Below are positions 24,956-36,805 of a stretch of 47,210 nucleotides of DNA, piece by piece (position 1 is the first letter of the stretch; every line of letters starts with the position of its first letter). A program made the position numbers and the translations under genes. Below the pieces are notes generated by a model. It ran no database searches and was not told where the DNA came from. It worked only from the letters and a program-made list of their open reading frames with translations. Origin of the DNA: Octopus bimaculoides (lineage: Eukaryota); contig NC_068983.1 in NCBI RefSeq assembly GCF_001194135.2, forward strand, positions 125,853,887 through 125,901,096, read 5' to 3'.

Positions 24956-24997
<42 letters not shown>
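24741..24997 (-). mobile_element. SINE family B, 3' half plus internal microsatellite
   Basis: ttttacttgtttcagtcatttgagtgcggccatgctggggcaccgcc...ccgaaccgctaagttacgggg...(CA)n then N-gap; reverse complement of the 3' halves at 13778-13935 and 15502-15710. Confidence 0.93.
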
Positions 24998-25490
24998 NNN
25001 NNNNNNNNNNNNNNNNNNNNNNNNNNNNNNNNNNNNNNNNNNNNNNNNNNNNNNNNNNNNNNNNNNNNNNNNNNNNNNNNNNNNNNNNNNNNNNNNNNNN
25101 NNNNNNNNNNNNNNNNNNNNNNNNNNNNNNNNNNNNNNNNNNNNNNNNNNNNNNNNNNNNNNNNNNNNNNNNNNNNNNNNNNNNNNNNNNNNNNNNNNNN
25201 NNNNNNNNNNNNNNNNNNNNNNNNNNNNNNNNNNNNNNNNNNNNNNNNNNNNNNNNNNNNNNNNNNNNNNNNNNNNNNNNNNNNNNNNNNNNNNNNNNNN
25301 NNNNNNNNNNNNNNNNNNNNNNNNNNNNNNNNNNNNNNNNNNNNNNNNNNNNNNNNNNNNNNNNNNNNNNNNNNNNNNNNNNNNNNNNNNNNNNNNNNNN
25401 NNNNNNNNNNNNNNNNNNNNNNNNNNNNNNNNNNNNNNNNNNNNNNNNNNNNNNNNNNNNNNNNNNNNNNNNNNNNNNNNNNNNNNNNNN

Positions 25491-27392
25491 CTCGAAAACA
25501 TTGTTCAATGCAAATCCAATAAAAGTCAAAAATTCAATGGCAGTTCAATAAAGTTCAATAAAAGTTCTTTTTAAAGATCTAATCTTCCTCATCCGAGCCT
25601 CCAAGCAAGTTGTCTCGTCACCATCAGGAGATCTCGCAGTGGCAAGCCCGGAAGAGCGTAAATAAAATCCGTTTTTTGTCAGGTCTTTTCGACCTCCATG
25701 ACTTCACTATGATTTAAGACCTCCGCAGCCACCTGCGGAGGCCAATGTGGATGGTCTATTAATACCGAGTCGTAACGCTCACGGTCAAATAGATCATCCA
25801 GACACTTTTCAACGGGCCCTCCCTTGAGGTAACAGAAGATATACTCCGTTTCCTCATCACCGGGAGGGGCCGCAACCTGCTCTGTCAGTGGCACACATCC
25901 CACTGACAGAGCATCCCGATCCGGTGGCACACTTCCCAACGGAGGGGTAACGGGTTCGGTCGGTGGCACGTCTGCCGACCGTCTCCCGTTTCTCCTTTTC
26001 TTTTTTNNNNNNNNNNNNNNNNNNNNNNNNNNNNNNNNNNNNNNNNNNNNNNNNNNNNNNNNNNNNNNNNNNNNNNNNNNNNNNNNNNNNNNNNNNNNNN
26101 NNNNNNNNNNNNNNNNNNNNNNNNNNNNNNNNNNNNNNNNNNNNNNNNNNNNNNNNNNNNNNNNNNNNNNNNNNNNNNNNNNNNNNNNNNNNNNNNNNNN
26201 NNNNNNNNNNNNNNNNNNNNNNNNNNNNNNNNNNNNNNNNNNNNNNNNNNNNNNNNNNNNNNNNNNNNNNNNNNNNNNNNNNNNNNNNNNNNNNNNNNNN
26301 NNNNNNNNNNNNNNNNNNNNNNNNNNNNNNNNNNNNNNNNNNNNNNNNNNNNNNNNNNNNNNNNNNNNNNNNNNNNNNNNNNNNNNNNNNNNNNNNNNNN
26401 NNNNNNNNNNNNNNNNNNNNNNNNNNNNNNNNNNNNNNNNNNNNNNNNNNNNNNNNNNNNNNNNNNNNNNNNNNNNNNNNNNNNNNNNNNNNNNNNNNNN
26501 NNNNNNNNNNNNNNNNNNNNNNNNNNNNNNNNNNNNNNNNNNNNNNNNNNNNNNNNNNNNNNNNNNNNNNNNNNNNNNNNNNNNNNNNNNNNNNNNNNNN
26601 NNNNNNNNNNNNNNNNNNNNNNNNNNNNNNNNNNNNNNNNNNNNNNNNNNNNNNNNNNNNNNNNNNNNNNNNNNNNNNNNNNNNNNNNNNNNNNNNNNNN
26701 NNNNNNNNNNNNNNNNNNNNNNNNNNNNNNNNNNNNNNNNNNNNNNNNNNNNNNNNNNNNNNNNNNNNNNNNNNNNNNNNNNNNNNNNNNNNNNNNNNNN
26801 NNNNNNNNNNNNNNNNNNNNNNNNNNNNNNNNNNNNNNNNNNNNNNNNNNNNNNNNNNNNNNNNNNNNNNNNNNNNNNNNNNNNNNNNNNNNNNNNNNNN
26901 NNNNNNNNNNNNNNNNNNNNNNNNNNNNNNNNNNNNNNNNNNNNNNNNNNNNNNNNNNNNNNNNNNNNNNNNNNNNNNNNNNNNNTTTTTCGGAGGCGAG
27001 ATACACCCACAAAAACAACAATTCTCGCACAGTGAGACACAAAAAGCTTTCTTCACTCAAAGTTGCTTTCTTTTTTTGCTCAAAGTCAAAACAAAAATTT
27101 TCGCTACTGTGGGCAAGCGAACCCGCCTCCTACAAACAGCGAATACAAAATTTGTTCGTACAACGAACACACAAAAAACTCGCCAAGGAAAGCGAAGATG
27201 CCACATCGCTGGACAACAATTTACTAAAAAAATAAATAAAAGCAATAAATTGCTGCCCAGCTGAGCAACAAACACGACTTACCCCGGCGAATTCTTCAAT
27301 TTGTCCTTCTTTAGACAGAGCCGAAACCCATGTCTATCTTCGTTCACAGCAAGTGGCCTGTCTGACGCATATGCGCAGTGAGCAAACTGGAA
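25491..27392 (-). mobile_element. Unclassified GC-rich element with Pro/acidic ORF fragment; middle lost in a 959-N gap
   Basis: Sharp GC increase. Minus-strand frame 26006-25679: KKKRRNGRRSADVPPTEPVTPPLGSVPP...EYIFCYLKGGPVEKCLDDLFDRERYDSVLIDHPHWPPQVAAEVL. Its presumed 5' end abuts a truncated SINE head. Joining the two sides of the gap is an inference. Confidence 0.5.
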
Positions 27393-27431
27393 GTAAGCTA
27401 GCTACTTACCACACAGCCACTCCTGCGCCTG
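27393..27431 (-). mobile_element. Isolated 39-nt 5' head of SINE family B
   Basis: Revcomp caggcgcaggagtggctgtgtggtaagtagctagcttac matches the heads at 13434 and 15301, then diverges abruptly. Confidence 0.85.
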
Positions 27432-27494
27432 TTAGTACTGTTAGTATATATGATTCTGCGAGCAGAAAGGTGAGTATATAACTTCAGGAAGATA

Positions 27495-28690
27495 TCCAGA
27501 CCGTGCCCGACTGACAAGGTCCCCAAAGACAGGTCTAACGGATAAGTGTCTGACGGAAAATTGCCCAACTATCAAGTGCCAGATGGACAAATGCCCGACA
27601 AATACAACCACCAGATGGACAATTGTCCGATAATTTTAAAGTAAATTGGAGTTAAACGATAAAAATACTAAATTTAATTAAACTAAAATTATATCAAACC
27701 CTTTTAGTTGTCGTAGTGTAACATAAAAGAAAATTTTAATATTAAAAAAATATATATATAATTTATATTTTATATGCGGAAACAGAGGTAAAACATTAAC
27801 AAAAAAAAAAACAAAAACAAAAAAAAAATACATTGAATTTTATTAAAAAAAGTAATATTTACTGATAACTTATCAATATTACCAACAATAATGTAATTCG
27901 GAAAATAGTGAAAGAAAAAACTCAAACTTTAAAATTCATCACTTCTCGATTTTCATAATCCTCCACAATATTTGCAATTCTTTTCGTTAAATCTTGATGC
28001 TTTTGTTTTCCTGATGGGTGAAGGCTGATGTCCTGTCAGCATGTGGTTGATGATCGTGTCGTTAAGTGCTTGTTCTGTCTTCAATACCTGAAGAAAACGC
28101 CAGATATTTGGATGACTTGACGTTATATTCGCCTGTGAAAGGTTATGTCATCTCTTCAAGGAATTAATCTTTCGTAATAAATCATTATTTTTTCGTAATA
28201 AATCATACGAGGTCATTCATGTTCCACATACAAAGAGAAAAGACTGTGTTGCCTTTTCTACGCCGTCGTATTCTACCGATATAAGCATCTTCAAAGTAAT
28301 CAATGACCGGATCTACTTCATGGCACAAATTTCCTTGTAATTGCTTAAATGCTGTTACAACATTGTCTGCTGGCACAAAATCAAAGACTGGTATCATACG
28401 AATGCATACAGCGAAATCAGCATCGCTCTAATATCTTGATTATAATCACTCTATTTGTACCTTCAGATAAACTGCTTAAGAGAGATGAAAAAAAAAAAGC
28501 CTCCTTTCTTAAATGCATTTAGAAACATTTCGGTAATTGCATTGTTAGCAGTTTGTGCATAATCGATCAAAATACCAGCGGAGTTGAGCCTGGAGTTATT
28601 AGTCTCAGGTTGGCTGAAAAGTTATTCATAGATGGCTTGACGTTTATTTACGAATAATGCAAAGATACAAGGAGTCGTTCTATTAGAAAT
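27495..28690 (-). mobile_element. MULE/Mutator-like transposase, C-terminal half, with subterminal repeats
   Basis: Minus frames: CIFALFVNK, ILIDY, GGFF..HLS (GCFFHL motif), MIPVFDFVPADNVVTAFKQL..VIDYFEDAYIGR, SHPNIWRFLQVL. Repeated ggacaa(a/t)tg(c/t)cc-like motifs at 27495-27630. Cut at 28690 by a SINE. Confidence 0.85.
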
Positions 28691-28691
28691 T

Positions 28692-28778
28692 AAATAAGTC
28701 CAAAGAATAAGTCCCGCGGTGCACCAGCATGGCCGCAGTCAAATGAGTGAAACAAGTAAAAGAGTAGAGAGTAAAGAG
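28692..28778 (+). mobile_element. SINE family B, 3' tail fragment
   Basis: gaataagtccc...cagcatggccgcagtcaaatgagtgaaacaagtaaaagag. Confidence 0.8.
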
Positions 28779-29636
28779 TATCTATCTGTCTATCTATCTA
28801 TCAGACTGACTGACTGTCTGTCTGTCTGTCTGCCTGTCTTGTGTGTGTGAGCGTGTATATACATACATACATACATACATATATAGATATATATATATAT
28901 ATATATATANNNNNNNNNNNNNNNNNNNNNNNNNNNNNNNNNNNNNNNNNNNNNNNNNNNNNNNNNNNNNNNNNNNNNNNNNNNNNNNNNNNNNNNNNNN
29001 NNNNNNNNNNNNNNNNNNNNNNNNNNNNNNNNNNNNNNNNNNNNNNNNNNNNNNNNNNNNNNNNNNNNNNNNNNNNNNNNNNNNNNNNNNNNNNNNNNNN
29101 NNNNNNNNNNNNNNNNNNNNNNNNNNNNNNNNNNNNNNNNNNNNNNNNNNNNNNNNNNNNNNNNNNNNNNNNNNNNNNNNNNNNNNNNNNNNNNNNNNNN
29201 NNNNNNNNNNNNNNNNNNNNNNNNNNNNNNNNNNNNNNNNNNNNNNNNNNNNNNNNNNNNNNNNNNNNNNNNNNNNNNNNNNNNNNNNNNNNNNNNNNNN
29301 NNNNNNNNNNNNNNNNNNNNNNNNNNNNNNNNNNNNNNNNNNNNNNNNNNNNNNNNNNNNNNNNNNNNNNNNNNNNNNNNNNNNNNNNNNNNNNNNNNNN
29401 NNNNNNNNNNNNNNNNNNNNNNNNNNNNNNNNNNNNNNNNNNTGTCCTGTACCCAGATATGCACCTATACATACAGGTGGATGTCGGTATGCACATACCT
29501 GTACGTATATATGCATATACTCATTTACTATTTGTTTTTATATATTTATATACTCAGATTCATTTACATATATATTACTTCATATTTATGCATGGATACA
29601 CACGCACAGACACGTACACACACTCACACGCACACA

Positions 29637-29670
<34 letters not shown>

Positions 29671-29671
29671 G

Positions 29672-29712
<41 letters not shown>

Positions 29713-29780
29713 TAGGGAGAGAGAGAGAGTGAGGGAGAAAGAGAAAGCGAGAGAGACAGAGTGAGAAAGAGAGAGAGAGA

Positions 29781-29930
29781 CGCGCAGGCGTGGATCTGTG
29801 GTAAGAATGTTGCTTCTATCCACATGGTTCCAGGTTCAGTTCCCTAGGCAAGTGTCTCCAAGTACAACCTAGAGTCTTCCAAAGCTTTGTGAGTGGATTT
29901 GGTTGAGGGAAACTGAAGGATACCAGTCGT
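29781..29930 (+). mobile_element. SINE family B, 5' half
   Basis: gcgcaggcgtggatctgtggtaag...cacatggttccaggttcagttccc...gtgagtggatttggttgagggaaactgaagga, then (CA)n/(AT)n and an N-gap. Confidence 0.85.
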
Positions 29931-29967
<37 letters not shown>

Positions 29968-31022
29968 TATATATATATNNNNNNNNNNNNNNNNNNNNNN
30001 NNNNNNNNNNNNNNNNNNNNNNNNNNNNNNNNNNNNNNNNNNNNNNNNNNNNNNNNNNNNNNNNNNNNNNNNNNNNNNNNNNNNNNNNNNNNNNNNNNNN
30101 NNNNNNNNNNNNNNNNNNNNNNNNNNNNNNNNNNNNNNNNNNNNNNNNNNNNNNNNNNNNNNNNNNNNNNNNNNNNNNNNNNNNNNNNNNNNNNNNNNNN
30201 NNNNNNNNNNNNNNNNNNNNNNNNNNNNNNNNNNNNNNNNNNNNNNNNNNNNNNNNNNNNNNNNNNNNNNNNNNNNNNNNNNNNNNNNNNNNNNNNNNNN
30301 NNNNNNNNNNNNNNNNNNNNNNNNNNNNNNNNNNNNNNNNNNNNNNNNNNNNNNNNNNNNNNNNNNNNNNNNNNNNNNNNNNNNNNNNNNNNNNNNNNNN
30401 NNNNNNNNNNNNNNNNNNNNNNNNNNNNNNNNNNNNNNNNNNNNNNNNNNNNNNNNNNNNNNNNNNNNNNNNNNNNNNNNNNNNNNNNNNNNNNNNNNNN
30501 NNNNNNNNNNNNNNNNNNNNNNNNNNNNNNNNNNNNNNNNNNNNNNNNNNNNNNNNNNNNNNNNNNNNNNNNNNNNNNNNNNNNNNNNNNNNNNNNNNNN
30601 NNNNNNNNNNNNNNNNNNNNNNNNNNNNNNNNNNNNNNNNNNNNNNNNNNNNNNNNNNNNNNNNNNNNNNNNNNNNNNNNNNNNNNNNNNNNNNNNNNNN
30701 NNNNNNNNNNNNNNNNNNNNNNNNNNNNNNNNNNNNNNNNNNNNNNNNNNNNNNNNNNNNNNNNNNNNNNNNNNNNNNNNNNNNNNNNNNNNNNNNNNNN
30801 NNNNNNNNNNNNNNNNNNNNNNNNNNNNNNNNNNNNNNNNNNNNNNNNNNNNNNNNNNNNNNNNNNNNNNNNNNNNNNNNNNNNNNNNNNNNNNNNNNNN
30901 NNNNNNNNNNNNNNCACACACACACAAACACACACGCACACACACACACACAAACAAACAAACAAACACACACACACACAAACACACACGCACACACACA
31001 CACACAAACAAACACACACACA

Positions 31023-31064
<42 letters not shown>

Positions 31065-31729
31065 CCCATATATATATATATAAGCGTGCATAAACACACG
31101 CACATACACATTTGTAAAATGTAAATAGTCTTCATGTGAAGCTTTCTTGAGATTTATTTTATTACAATAATTGAATATTTAGCATGATATGAAATCTCAT
31201 AAATCAGCAAATCTAACAGTTATATCGTACATTTATTGAAATATCTATCTCCAAATATCAACAGACAATTAAGAACACTTTACAGTCTGTATTATACAAC
31301 TATTTATTATATTCTTTCTTCCAAGCAGTTAATTGCGTGCAATTGTGGTGTTTATTACTTCTTAACCTGCTAGAATATATTCACATATTCATAGATACAT
31401 ACTATAGACATATTTAGCATCTAAGAATCACAAAAGGGAACTATGCTTCTATACTGCATTTACTGTGGAGCTGATCATTGAAATTTATTTCTAAACAATG
31501 AATTATTGGGTGACATTGTATTTTCATTATTTGCTTCTTATTAAGTATTAAATATATAATGAAGAGGAATAGAGATTTCATTTATTGTGTTATAAACTAC
31601 AAATATAGTAACATTCAGTTACCTTTGTCATTACACGAAATCTCAAATTTGACTCAGTTAAATTTGTGATTTTTTTGTTTTTCATTAGTTTTCTTGGTTA
31701 ATTTGTTTTTGCAATTTATTTAGTTTTCG

Positions 31730-32220
31730 TGGAATGGTTATTCATGGACTCAACATGGAATCATTATATATAAACAGGTAGTAAACTGACATTTCATGAA
31801 GATTCTCACTTCTGCATTAGATGCTTTTGTGAATACGAAAAGAAACACATCATCGTTAAAGCGGTGATGAATTGTACGAAAATCGTATTGGAATTAAAAT
31901 TCATGTCAGATATTTATATGTTTAGTTCTTTAGACATGCGCAAACTATTATTATTCCAGAAAGAAAGGATTTTTACCTTAGCAATTGCAAAGTGGAACAT
32001 GAATTCGCAGATAGTTTTATATTCCTGAGCTTTTCTGGAATCTGATATAAGCTAAATAACATTCAGCAATCACATATACAAATAGTAAGGCAGAATTTTG
32101 TAGCAGATGCCGATTCTTATATTATCTCAAACCATAATCCATAACAAATTGCATGAGAAAGTATTTGAAAAGATTGCCAAGCAGCTATTGACAGGATATT
32201 ACAGCAAAAGTAATATTCCT
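31730..32220 (+). mobile_element. Possible very old piggyBac-like transposase remnant
   Basis: Frame-hopping pieces (MESLY..TGSKLT, ILTS..KRNT..IVRK, LAIAKW, DSYII..EKIAKQLL) fall in the order expected for the piggyBac DDD core, but no catalytic motif is intact. Confidence 0.28.
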
Positions 32221-32724
32221 GCAAATCATTACGAAATATAATTTACTGTCATAGCTTCAATTCTAAGAATGAATTGGACTTCAGGGTTTTTAATATAGCA
32301 TTCATAAAACGTGTTCATATGCAAGAAGATATGTATATACACTCGAGCAGATGCAACTTTTCAGAAATTTCCTACAGACTTCATGCATAACAAATACAAT
32401 ACCAAGAATTTCAATTAATTAAAATTTCTTTTGCCGTGAGGCGAGTGACGCATATTTTCACTGTTATTATTATTGGTGCTGCTTTGTTAAACTATTGAAT
32501 GAGATAACTATTAAGGAACTGTTGAAATAATTAGCGCAGTTACGACCATCAAATATAGACGCCATATAGAAACCATTTTCAATGAGTAACTAATAGACAC
32601 TTATTATCATGATATCGAAGGCTTCCAGAATCGTTACTATGACAGTTAACCGAGATCGAATTTTCTTTTCATGCATTTTTGGTTAGACAAAACAAATATC
32701 CCTTAAGCACAGGAGTCGTTGTAA

Positions 32725-32860
32725 TTCACACATTAGAGTGTCGGTCAAATTTCAGTGTTGTACAAATCTGCAGGTTCCGAGTTCAAATCCTATCGAGCTT
32801 AAACTACATTTCATTGTTTCCGATTCATATAATAAAACGTGAGTCAAGCACTGGAAACGA
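32725..32860 (+). mobile_element. Degenerate SINE family A fragment
   Basis: ttagagtgtcggtcaaat...ggttccgagttcaaatcc (B-box)...gtcaagcactgg. Confidence 0.45.
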
Positions 32861-32974
32861 AGAGCACCAACTAAACTTTCTTTCACTAAAATATTGCAAA
32901 ATGACAGCTAGGAATTTTGAAATGTCAACTTGTTTACAACTAATACTGTTTTAGAAATATAGAGTGATTCACGT

Positions 32975-33240
32975 GATGACTTAATCGACCAGACAGTCGG
33001 ATGTTGTTATACATTGCTGGTTACAACGCACTTTACATAGATTTTAGCTTTAGAAGGATGCCACCCCGCTGCCTCGGTGAGCAGGCTTACACTTCCTCTG
33101 ATCATATGATTAGTCCGGCGCTTGAATACTCATTTACAGCTGAGTATTTTGCTCAAGGACACAACGCGCCGCTCACTACGCAAACCGAACCCAGGATCTA
33201 GGGCTGGTGAATGCAATATCCTAATCACTTGTCTAAGTGG
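32975..33240 (-). mobile_element. tRNA-derived SINE (family C-like), diverged
   Basis: Revcomp has gtgattaggatattgcattcacc..gatcctgggttcggtttgcg (B-box-like) and gtgtccttgagcaaa..actcagctgtaaatgagt, which resembles 35445-35500. Confidence 0.6.
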
Positions 33241-33699
33241 GTTCAAACATATATGTGTGTATGTGTGTGTGTATGTGTGCGTCCGTGTGCTGTGTGTATT
33301 TATATTCGTGAGTCCTTTGTGAAATACCTCATGTAATTACATTTGTGATACCGAAACTAGTCTGACTAAAAACATGCATAATTAGAGTCTTTGTGTTTCT
33401 CCACTCACCATCGCTTATTAAATGGAGTCAGTTTATTTACAACATTATTACTAGCAGTTCTGTAAATCAGACCAATAGAGCAAGTACCAAATATAAGCAT
33501 GTTAATACAGCGTTATATGAGTTCAAACAACTCAGTTAAAATAAATCTGTAGCGCACATACAGTCTATATTTGTAAGTCTGACACCTATTCTAGCCTTCT
33601 ATTTTGCAGAAAGATTAATATACTGGTGAAGAGATGGTAGTGGACAAACACAAACACTAAGCAAACACGCTCACACATACACGCATATACATATACAGT

Positions 33700-33858
33700 A
33701 GCCTTCACCACAATCTTTGTCTCTGAAATCTAGTCTCAAGGTATTGGTTGGCTTGGGTCTATAATTTGTGGCGACTGATGAAGTGCTACGTAGAAGAACT
33801 AAATCCGGAACAATGTGAAAGTTAGTTTCTACATCATACAGCCATGCCTACGCCTATA
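33700..33858 (-). mobile_element. SINE family B, 5' half, diverged
   Basis: Revcomp taggcgtaggcatggctgtatgatg...cacattgttccggatttagttcttctacgtagcac. Confidence 0.6.
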
Positions 33859-34749
33859 TGTAGGTGTGTGTGAGTGTGTATACATGTATGTGTGTGTATC
33901 TGAGTGTGTGTGTGTTGTGTACATGTGCCTATTCGAAGTTTTTGAAGGAGGAGTGTAGCATAGAGTTAAATTTATTGACCTTACATTGGACATTTCTGCG
34001 AATCAAAATAATATGTGGTAAACATTACCTCCCACGATTAATTATATATTCTTTTATCTGTTTTAGTCTTTGGACTGAGGCCATAGAATCACAGTATAGA
34101 GATTTGAAATAAAGTATGGAAGGAATGCGTGGGAAATAGCAAATAAAATGAATCAAAACAAATAGGCGGAATATAACAATCATATGAAATATGGCCAAAA
34201 AATAAAAAGTAAAAACTATATTACTATCGTTCAAAACATTATATATGCTACCATGTGCATAATATGATATATAAAGCTGAAATTATTGATGAACAGTCAA
34301 TATAATAGATACCTTGCATGCGTATTACAAGATTCGATATCGATTTTGAGTGAAACAAGAATATGGAAACATTATAGTGTTCTAGTTAAAACAAGATTAT
34401 GTTTCTGATCTTTGATTTTATAACTCTATCCTTTAAGTAATGAGGACGAGAATGACATTCTGCTGAAGTATCGATTTAGTGCCGTGTCAATAAGCAGATG
34501 AAGATCGGTAGGAAATGCTTTTGCAAAATATCAAGATTAATAGGGCAAGAGATTGGATGCAAGTGGTGTAGTGAAACGTCCACTGGCAACAATCTTTGTG
34601 GTGTCCGTGTTATTAATTATACACAGAAATAAGCACACACAGATAGGTATGCATGTATTTATATAGCATGTGTATCTATACATTTGCTTAGATATATTTA
34701 TGTATGAGTACGTTTGTATATATGGGTGTATATATATATACAGAAATTT

Positions 34750-34789
<40 letters not shown>

Positions 34790-35360
34790 AACATATTTGT
34801 ATATACGTGTAAGCATGCATGTATATATATACACATACACACATATATGTAGCTCTATATGCTTGTGTAAGTGTGTCAGGGTGTGAGTGCATGTCTTTAC
34901 ATGTTGAAAGGCGGCAACCATAATGGTGTGAAATGAAGTAACATTTGTTTTTTCAAACGCTTGACTGCATTAAACGATACAATAATATTTTTATTGTCAC
35001 TCATAAGTGATTGTGTGGTTTTTAATCATCCATGTCTATGCAAACGGTGTGCAATAAATGTATATGAACCTTTATGTGTATACGTGCCTGTATGAGAAAT
35101 TGCGTGCATCTTCTCAGTCAAGCATACATATGGTACTGGACACTTTAAAACACATTGTACATTTGACATACATATCAAAACTGATAACTGATTCCGTGAT
35201 GCAGATTTAATCGGATTATAGCAGGCCAAGAAGATAATACGCAGAAGGTCAAGAGTTTCAGATAAGAAATAAATGCTAAGCAATTATGATACGCCCTACT
35301 TTTGTGCTCTTACTCTGCACATCTGAGCTTACGTTCATTTACCTACTTTTTTGATAAGTG

Positions 35361-35680
35361 AAGGCGCATGGCTCAGTGGTTAGAGCGTCGGGCCCAAAAT
35401 TATGAGATGGTGAGTTTGATTCCCGGATCGGGCTGTATGTTGTGTTCTTCAACAAGACACTTTATTTCACGTTGTTCCAGTTCACTCAGATGTAGAAATA
35501 AGTTGCGACGTCACTAGTGTTAAGCTGCATAACGTCGGTGGTGTGGAGGGGGGAGGCTTGTATACATGGGCGACTGTTGGTCTTCCATAAACAACCTTGC
35601 ACGGACATGTGCTTCGAAGGGGAACTTACTCGGTGCAATCCCATGGTCAAGTATGACCGAAGGGGATCTTTACCCTCCTC
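35361..35680 (+). mobile_element. tRNA-derived SINE, family C
   Basis: A-box tggctcagtggt (35369), B-box-like gagtttgattccc (35412), core gtgttcttcaacaagacactttatttcacgttgttccagttcactcag. Confidence 0.85.
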
Positions 35681-35779
35681 CACACCAGGTTCCAAACTAC
35701 ACATACAAGAACTTCTGCAGCTGACATACAGTATGGGATTTGATAGTGGTACAGATGAATGTGCAAAGTATTTTAATTC

Positions 35780-36805
35780 GGGATCTTATATTTTACGAGT
35801 TCAAACTGAGCTGTAACGGTGAGTTATTTACTGCACTATAAGTGAAGTGCGCCGATGATCACAGCGGAACCAACGGAAAGTTCAAGAACCTCGACAATCA
35901 GGAAAGATCATGAACGCCTAAAACCGTGGATGGTTCTGAGGCCCTACTTCAAGTCACAGAAACAAATCCGGTGAGTAGCTCTCGGAGCGTATCGGGTGAG
36001 TTAGACATTTTACACTCCAGTGTGGTTAGTCACCTTCACGACCTCAGCAAATGTGTCCCGGCTGCCAAATTGTGCCTCATAAATTGACACCAGCTCACGC
36101 AAGCAGTTCAGTGGACGTTTGCAAGGAATTCTGGATAACTTTCATGAACTGCGTTTTCTCAAAGGAATAATAACGTGCGATAAAAAGGAGATATTTCATC
36201 GGTATCCTAATGTTCATAAGCTGTTGTTCAGCAAGGGCCAGCTTCCGGAACATGTCTGCAAACATAGGTGTCTGGAACAGAAGTTGATGCCCTGTGCCAG
36301 GTGGGAACATGATGGAATAATTAACAGCAGGTTGGTACCGGACGGTCGAACTGTCGATCCCAAACTATACTCCGAACAGCTAGAGAGGATGTATACAACT
36401 ACGGATCGGTTAACAGAAAGCTCGCGCTTCTGCAGCAAGGCGTTACAAAATCTCGTACCGCTCGAACAACCAGGAATAAACACTGTAAGAAGTTAAGGAA
36501 ATCGAATTGACGCAACACCTAGTATATAGCCTAGCCCGGTCTTAGCTGCTTACTTCTTCCGATCCATGGCTCACTTTCTACGCTTGTGACGCTTCATCAA
36601 CCAAGAAGTGGAAGGTTCAGTGAAGTAGGTCTTCACCTCGAAGGACATGTACTCGTATTAGAGCGGGATTAAAGAAATGACAAAAAGGTTGCTTTAGACG
36701 ATGCATCAGGATGGCATTTTCTTTGGATGTTAAGTTGCTGTTGTTGTAACTAGACGAGAGAAGCAAATAAGTTACCAAAACATTGCAAAACTTTTGACTC
36801 AATCA
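35780..36805 (+). mobile_element. Mariner (DD34D-type) transposase, near full-length but inactivated; right end present
   Basis: FYEFKL, NLDNQERS, ETNPVSSSRSVSGEL, FLKGIITCDKKEIF, VPDGRTVDPKLYSEQL, YFFRSMAHFL, SGIKEMTKR. Ends ttgcaaaacttttgactca; left TIR not seen. Confidence 0.9.

Noticed and set aside
28860-29700. Similar (ATAC)n-atag-(AT)n blocks on both sides of a gap
   Set aside because: Low-complexity sequence; may be an assembly overlap and is not informative.
31722-31890. Exon-like FSWNGYSWTQHGIIIYK / TGSKLTF..CIRCFC read as a VWC-type domain
   Set aside because: It needs a frameshift, has no downstream donor, and is equally explained as a transposase remnant.
35026-35283. PYVC...SHTG pattern suggesting a C2H2 zinc finger
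   Set aside because: Cys/His spacing is wrong and there is no repeated finger.
35361-35430. tRNA-like A/B boxes as a tRNA gene
   Set aside because: No complete cloverleaf; it continues into a SINE body. The same holds for the other SINE heads.
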